Source: an uncultured Gemmatimonadales bacterium
GTDB lineage: Bacteria; Gemmatimonadota; Gemmatimonadetes; Gemmatimonadales; GWC2-71-9
Reading direction: 5' to 3'
Assembly: GCA_963728915.1 (NCBI GenBank)
Contig: CAVSLV010000001.1
Span: forward strand, 1,120,001 to 1,184,000
Length of the DNA: 64,000 bases
Below the pieces are notes generated by a model that saw only the letters and a program-made list of their open reading frames with translations, did no database searches and was not told where the DNA came from. This document shows, one piece after another, positions 59,492-64,000 of the stretch (position 1 is its first letter; every line of letters begins with the position of its first letter). Made by a program: the position numbers and the translations under genes.

Positions 59492-60817
59492 CTACCGCGA
59501 ACTCCCCAGCGAGCGGGACCACGCGGGCAACCGTGCCGATGCCGGGGTCATGATCTGCCGGACCCGGCTGGTTTCGAGATCCACCACGAAGAGCTGCCGG
59601 CGGCCGGTGCGATGAGAGACGAACACGATGTGTCGCCCATCGGGCGCCCAGCTGGGGTCTTCGTTCCGGCTGAGGGAAGTCAGCTGCTTGAGACTCCGGC
59701 TCGCCAGGTCGTATACCATGATCTGCGGTACTCCTCCCACCTCGCGATGGAACACGATCGCGGCTCCATCGGGCGACCACTCGGGAGCGTTCGAGTTTCC
59801 CGTGCTCCCATAGTCGAAGGGGATCAGCAGACTCTGGTCGGCGCCATCCGACGACATCGAGTAGATCTGCTGCCCGCCAGCACGGGTGGAAACGAACACC
59901 ACCCGCCGTCCGTCAGGAGAATAGGCAGGCGAGAAGTTTTCTGCAAACCTTCCACCGGTCAATCGTTCGAGACAACACAGTGTCTGCGCGTTAGCGGCAT
60001 ACAAGGTGGCGCCATCTTCGCCGATCCGGGCGAACATCAGGGTGCGTCCATCGGGCGAAAACACCGGCGTGATGAACTGGCCCCCCGCGGTGCCCGCGAC
60101 GGTGGCCCGCTGCCCAGTGGCCAGCTGCTGCACCACCACTGGTTTGGTGCCATCCCGGTTGAATTGGGTGTAAACAATCCGAGTCGCGTCGGTGGACCAG
60201 GCGGGCGACATGGCCTCCACCCCCGCCGGCGTGACCGGCTCGAGGTTGGCCCCATCGCTATCGAGCCGCCAGGTCCGCTTGTCGTCATTGCTGAGGAACA
60301 GCATCCGGGTGGACGCGATCCCGTTCTGCCCGGTGATCAGTCGGACGATCTCGTCGGAGAGATTGTGGATCGACAACCGGCCGGCCCCGGTCCCGCTGGG
60401 ATCCAGGGTCACGATCAACTCGTTGCGCACCCGCTCGGCGGCGAGGTCGTGGATTCGGAGCACGGTCGCGGACCCCGGCGCCACCGAGAGCTCGACCGCA
60501 AAGGCGCCTCCCAGGGTCCGGTAGAACGCGTAATTGATCGGCTGGCCCGCGGCGGGGGCTTCGCTGCCGGAGACCTGGGAAAGCGGAATCACCTCGAAGC
60601 GATCGCTGTAGTCCAGATCCCGTTCGACGATCGCCTTGACCGAGTCGAGCCCGGGAGCGGGGAGAACCACGATCCCGGGCCGGATGCCCGGCTGGTAGGC
60701 GATCCCGACCCGGACGGTATCCTGGGCGCGGAGCAAACCGGCCGGGAGCCATAGGCCCAGCAGGAACAGACGCCACCACCGTCCGTCCGTCCGGCTGTCC
60801 CTCTGTCCGGTTGTCAT
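59492..60817 (-). CDS. tolB: TolB beta-propeller protein
   Basis: DLDYSDRF followed by repeated P.WSPDG (PD40-type) motifs. Confidence 0.9.
   Translation of the reverse strand: MTTGQRDSRTDGRWWRLFLLGLWLPAGLLRAQDTVRVGIAYQPGIRPGIVVLPAPGLDSVKAIVERDLDYSDRFEVIPLSQVSGSEAPAAGQPINYAFYRTLGGAFAVELSVAPGSATVLRIHDLAAERVRNELIVTLDPSGTGAGRLSIHNLSDEIVRLITGQNGIASTRMLFLSNDDKRTWRLDSDGANLEPVTPAGVEAMSPAWSTDATRIVYTQFNRDGTKPVVVQQLATGQRATVAGTAGGQFITPVFSPDGRTLMFARIGEDGATLYAANAQTLCCLERLTGGRFAENFSPAYSPDGRRVVFVSTRAGGQQIYSMSSDGADQSLLIPFDYGSTGNSNAPEWSPDGAAIVFHREVGGVPQIMVYDLASRSLKQLTSLSRNEDPSWAPDGRHIVFVSHRTGRRQLFVVDLETSRVRQIMTPASARLPAWSRSLGSSR
60779..60810. repeat. Degenerate 8-nt periodic array within the tolB start region
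   Basis: CCGTCCGT CCGTCCGG CTGTCCCT CTGTCCGG. Confidence 0.5.
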
Positions 60818-61476
60818 GGCCGAGGCGAGAAGGAGAAGCTGACCTGGAGGTAGTCGGCCTCATAACCCGCTGGGAGCGGCCCGAACGCCTTCACCACCCC
60901 GGCCGCCTCGACCGCGCCCAGAGCCTCCTGGTCGAACGAATAGCTCCGCGAGCTGGTCAGAAGGTTGATATCGCGGACGGTCCCGTCGCGGAGGATGACG
61001 AATCCCACCTCCGCCTTGAGGGGAGACTCTCCCGCGGGGCGGTTCCAGCGCCGGTAGATCTGGCTCACCAGGTTCCGCAGGTACTCGGGGAACGGGAACG
61101 CCTTCCCCATCGTGTTCACGTTGGCGATATCCGACCCGGTGCTGGGAGTCTCCCGGGGAAGCGGCGTCACCGGGGCGGGGGTCTTGGCCGGCGCCCGTGC
61201 CTGGGAGCGGCTGGTCGGCTTGGCGGGCACCGGGCGCGGCGCCGGCTTGCTCACCACCGGCGGCGGGGGCGGTGCGGGCGGCGTGGCGTCAGGCCGCGCG
61301 GTCGCAGCGGCCGCCGGCGCCGCGATGAGCTGCACCGCGTAGGTCGGGGGAAAGTTCCGGCGTTGCTCGCTGACCCCGATGAGGAGCAGCGTGCCCACCC
61401 CGGCGTGAATGGCCGCGGTGCCGATCGCGCCAGCCCAGACCGTGCCCCGGGGAAGCCGCTCGGCATAGGCGCTCAC
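60814..61476 (-). CDS. tolA: TolA/TonB family energy transducer
   Basis: TM helix with His, Pro-rich linker, TonB_C-like domain; lies between tolR and tolB. Confidence 0.8.
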   Translation of the reverse strand: MSAYAERLPRGTVWAGAIGTAAIHAGVGTLLLIGVSEQRRNFPPTYAVQLIAAPAAAATARPDATPPAPPPPPVVSKPAPRPVPAKPTSRSQARAPAKTPAPVTPLPRETPSTGSDIANVNTMGKAFPFPEYLRNLVSQIYRRWNRPAGESPLKAEVGFVILRDGTVRDINLLTSSRSYSFDQEALGAVEAAGVVKAFGPLPAGYEADYLQVSFSFSPRP

Positions 61477-61910
61477 CGCGGCAGCTCCTCTTCCTCGGTC
61501 ACGATGCTCACCTTGAGGTTGTCTCCCCCGGCCTGGCGCAGCGCCGCGAACACCCGGATCGCGCTCTGATAGAGGGCGCGGCGATCGGCCCGGAAGATCA
61601 CGTTCTGAGTCCCGCGCCGGGCCATGATGGCGCGGAAGCTGGCCCGGAATTCGTCATAGGTCACCCGGGTCTGATCGATATAGATCGATCCATCCTGCCG
61701 CACCGACACGATGATGCTCTCCCGGGGGGTGAGCGGCTGGGCCGCGGCCCGGGGCAGCTCGAGCTCGATGCCGCCCTGCATGAGCGGCGCGGTAATCATG
61801 AAAATGATGAGCAGCACGAAGGCGATGTCGACCAGCGAAGTCACGTTGATGTCCGCCGAGGGAGCGAGCCGGCGCCGTCTCCCGAACCCGCCGGCCAGAC
61901 CCGCCGCCAT
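61473..61910 (-). CDS. tolR: TolR/ExbD
   Basis: INVTSLVDIAFVLLIIFMITAP. Confidence 0.9.
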   Translation of the reverse strand: MAAGLAGGFGRRRRLAPSADINVTSLVDIAFVLLIIFMITAPLMQGGIELELPRAAAQPLTPRESIIVSVRQDGSIYIDQTRVTYDEFRASFRAIMARRGTQNVIFRADRRALYQSAIRVFAALRQAGGDNLKVSIVTEEEELPR

Positions 61911-62621
61911 CTAGAGCAGACCCTCCCGAGCCATCCACCCGATCAGGGAGTTTCCGAACCCTTCGAGCTCCGATTCGAATTCGCCCACCTTCCCCGCGAA
62001 ATAGTTGTACGCCATCAGGGCGGGAATCGCGGCCCCAAGCCCCACCACGGTGGTCACCAGGGCTTCCGCGACGCCCGGAGCCACCGCCGCCAGGTTCCCG
62101 CTTCCCTTGTTGGAGATGCCGATGAAGGCATGCATGACACCGAGCACGGTGCCGAGAAGGCCCAGCAGGGGACTGACCGCCCCGATGGTGGCGAGCCAGG
62201 AGACGTACCGGGCGGCGCTGTCTCGCTCGGCGGCGACTTCCTTCCCGAGCACCATCTTCAGCGCTTCGAGCTGGGTCGGCGCCAGGGCCCCCCGGGTGTG
62301 ACCGGTCTCCTGGATCACCCCGGGCTGGAGCTGGGTGTAGAAGTTCAATCCCTCGCGGAACAGCCGGTTGAACGGCGAGGAGGGGAGCTTCACCACCGCG
62401 CGATAGGCTTCCTGCAACTGGGTCGACCGCTCGAGCTCCTGATTGAATCGAGTGGCCTGGGCCCGGAGCCGGCGAAACTGCATCCCCTTCACGAAGATCA
62501 GGAACCAGGAGGCCAGCGAAAACGCCAGCGTGATTCCGAGGACGACTTTGGTCTCGGTGCTCGAATCGAGCACCAGCTGCAACCACGATGTGTATCCCGC
62601 CGTGCTGGACTGGAGGAGCAT
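61911..62621 (-). CDS. tolQ: TolQ/ExbB proton channel
   Basis: LATIGAVSPLLGLLGTVLG, APGVAEALVTT..GL..AIPA...YN. Confidence 0.92.
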   Translation of the reverse strand: MLLQSSTAGYTSWLQLVLDSSTETKVVLGITLAFSLASWFLIFVKGMQFRRLRAQATRFNQELERSTQLQEAYRAVVKLPSSPFNRLFREGLNFYTQLQPGVIQETGHTRGALAPTQLEALKMVLGKEVAAERDSAARYVSWLATIGAVSPLLGLLGTVLGVMHAFIGISNKGSGNLAAVAPGVAEALVTTVVGLGAAIPALMAYNYFAGKVGEFESELEGFGNSLIGWMAREGLL

Positions 62622-62640
62622 CGCGGTAAGATAGAAGCGA

Positions 62641-62692
62641 GGAGGGATCAGCGAGAAGGGATCGGACCCGATCCCGTCATGCTGATCCCTCC
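62641..62692. other. Strong intergenic hairpin (possible terminator or processing structure)
   Basis: GGAGGGATCAGC/GCTGATCCCTCC 12-bp stem enclosing a GGGATCG/CGATCCC 7-bp stem; no U-tract. Confidence 0.7.
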
Positions 62693-62714
62693 GTGACCGC
62701 GCGGCCGGTGCGCT

Positions 62715-63578
62715 TCAGTTCGCGAGTTTGGCCACCTGGTGCACCCGGGCACCCGGGTTGAGATGGGGCGCGACGATGCTCATGACCTTGACCGCGGCGG
62801 TCCGATCGCTCACCTGCACGACCTTGAGCGTCGCCATCGGGGCGTCCACGGGCACCACGCCGTTTTCGGTCGGTTGGTCGGGGTGGCCCCGCGCTTCGAA
62901 CACGTCTCCCAGCCGGACCCCGGCCTCGCGGCCCACGTCGATGTAGAGCACCTGCTGGGGCGTCCGCAGTTCGTGCGGTTCCCGGGCCATGACGATCCGC
63001 CCTTCGATCCCGTCGGAGACCGGCTGGGTCTCGACCCGGCCCGGATCTTCGTAGTGGGGCATCGGGGCGATGAACTGCCCTCGGCGAATCGGCCCGTACA
63101 CGGCCACGATCTGCGCCATGGCCATGGCGCCGTCCTGTCCGGTCACCCGGGCCACTCCGGTCGGCACGATCAGATGGCCGTATCCGATCGGCGCCTCTCG
63201 CTGTTCCACGATGAGAACCGAGTCTCCCACCCCGTAGGTGACGCCGGCGGGAGGAACCAGGGCGATCGGGGTGAACCGTTGCAGGGTGACGCGCCCCGCC
63301 GCCGAAAGGCTCTGTTCCGGGCTGGTCGGACCGAGCAGGGTTCCCAGTGAATCCTCCCGGTCGCCGGTCAGGTAGCCGGCGGAAAGGAACTCGCCCCGGG
63401 ACACTGCGAGCGGCTTGGTTTCCTGGTATTCGCGAAACGCGTTTTGCGAGGCCATCACCCGGGGATGCCGGAACAGGGCGGTCGCGGGATCGCCCTCTTC
63501 CGGGGTTCCCGCCTGCCCATAGGCGGCGGCCCAGAGCGCGGTGGTGAGCAGGCCGGTCCAGGCCAGGGTCCGCTTCAT
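62715..63578 (-). CDS. Secreted hypothetical protein, beta-rich
   Basis: Signal peptide MKRTLAWTGLLTTALWAAAYG; C-terminal YIDVGREAGVRLGDVF motif reminiscent of FlgT_C/TsaP-like domains. Confidence 0.7.
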   Translation of the reverse strand: MKRTLAWTGLLTTALWAAAYGQAGTPEEGDPATALFRHPRVMASQNAFREYQETKPLAVSRGEFLSAGYLTGDREDSLGTLLGPTSPEQSLSAAGRVTLQRFTPIALVPPAGVTYGVGDSVLIVEQREAPIGYGHLIVPTGVARVTGQDGAMAMAQIVAVYGPIRRGQFIAPMPHYEDPGRVETQPVSDGIEGRIVMAREPHELRTPQQVLYIDVGREAGVRLGDVFEARGHPDQPTENGVVPVDAPMATLKVVQVSDRTAAVKVMSIVAPHLNPGARVHQVAKLAN

Positions 63579-63597
63579 AACCCGCGGCCCCGCGGAG

Positions 63598-64000
63598 CTA
63601 GAACGGGAGATCGTCATCCTCGGCGTCGAGCGCTTCCGGAAAGTCATCGAACGACTCCTCCTTGCCGGCGGCCTTGGCCGGGGCTCCCGCCGCGCTCTTC
63701 GCGGCAGCGAACCCTTCGGCATCGGCTCCCCCCCGGCCTGTCAAGAGAATCACTTCGCGGGCGATGACTTCCGTGGTGTAACGGGTCTGGCCTTCCTTGT
63801 CCTGCCAGCTCCGGTACTCGATGCTGCCCTCCACGAAGATCTTGTCGCCCTTCTTGCAGTAGCGCTCGACCAGGTCAGCAAGATTCGAGCCCCGGTTGTT
63901 CCAAAGTACAACGCGGTGCCACTCGGTTTTCTCCTGCTGCTCCCCGGAGGTTCCCTTCCACCGACGGCTGGTCGCCAGGGAGAGGTTGGCCACCCGGCCG
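63598..64000 (-). CDS. ssb: Single-stranded DNA-binding protein (5' truncated by the window edge)
   Basis: SLATS, TEWHRVV, KGDKIFVEG, C-terminal DDDLPF. Confidence 0.96.
   Translation of the reverse strand, partial: GRVANLSLATSRRWKGTSGEQQEKTEWHRVVLWNNRGSNLADLVERYCKKGDKIFVEGSIEYRSWQDKEGQTRYTTEVIAREVILLTGRGGADAEGFAAAKSAAGAPAKAAGKEESFDDFPEALDAEDDDLPF

Overview
High-GC bacterial chromosomal segment, most likely Gemmatimonadota (inferred from gene content and order, not verified). Almost all of the ~62 genes are tightly packed housekeeping genes on the minus strand. They cover DNA metabolism (dnaG, recJ, mutS2, recA/recX, rarA, dprA, ftsK, ssb), translation and RNA modification (alaS, rsmA/D/E, prmA, obgE, hflX, a CCA-type enzyme), heat shock (hrcA-dnaJ), a partner-switching module, fatty acid synthesis (accB/accC) and an envelope cluster (tolQRAB-pal-cpoB, tatA, ppiD). 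Two tRNA genes are present. The most striking item is one 1163-aa ORF (54622-58113) in which a complete TatC is joined in frame to an LptD-type outer-membrane barrel through an embedded signal-peptide-like segment, suggesting a signal-peptidase-processed polyprotein. Other notable signals: a palindromic GGCGGAC(C/A) octamer-array element found both between genes and translated inside ftsK; a ~1 kb islet bounded by a duplicated 5' half of tRNA-Ile2; TANNNT boxes just upstream of seven start codons; a Rex operator at rex; a direct-repeat SOS-box candidate in the recA promoter; and a pilT-family gene between accB and accC. No CRISPR array, rRNA, integrase or transposase was seen. All family calls come from motif recognition by eye; no database searches were run.
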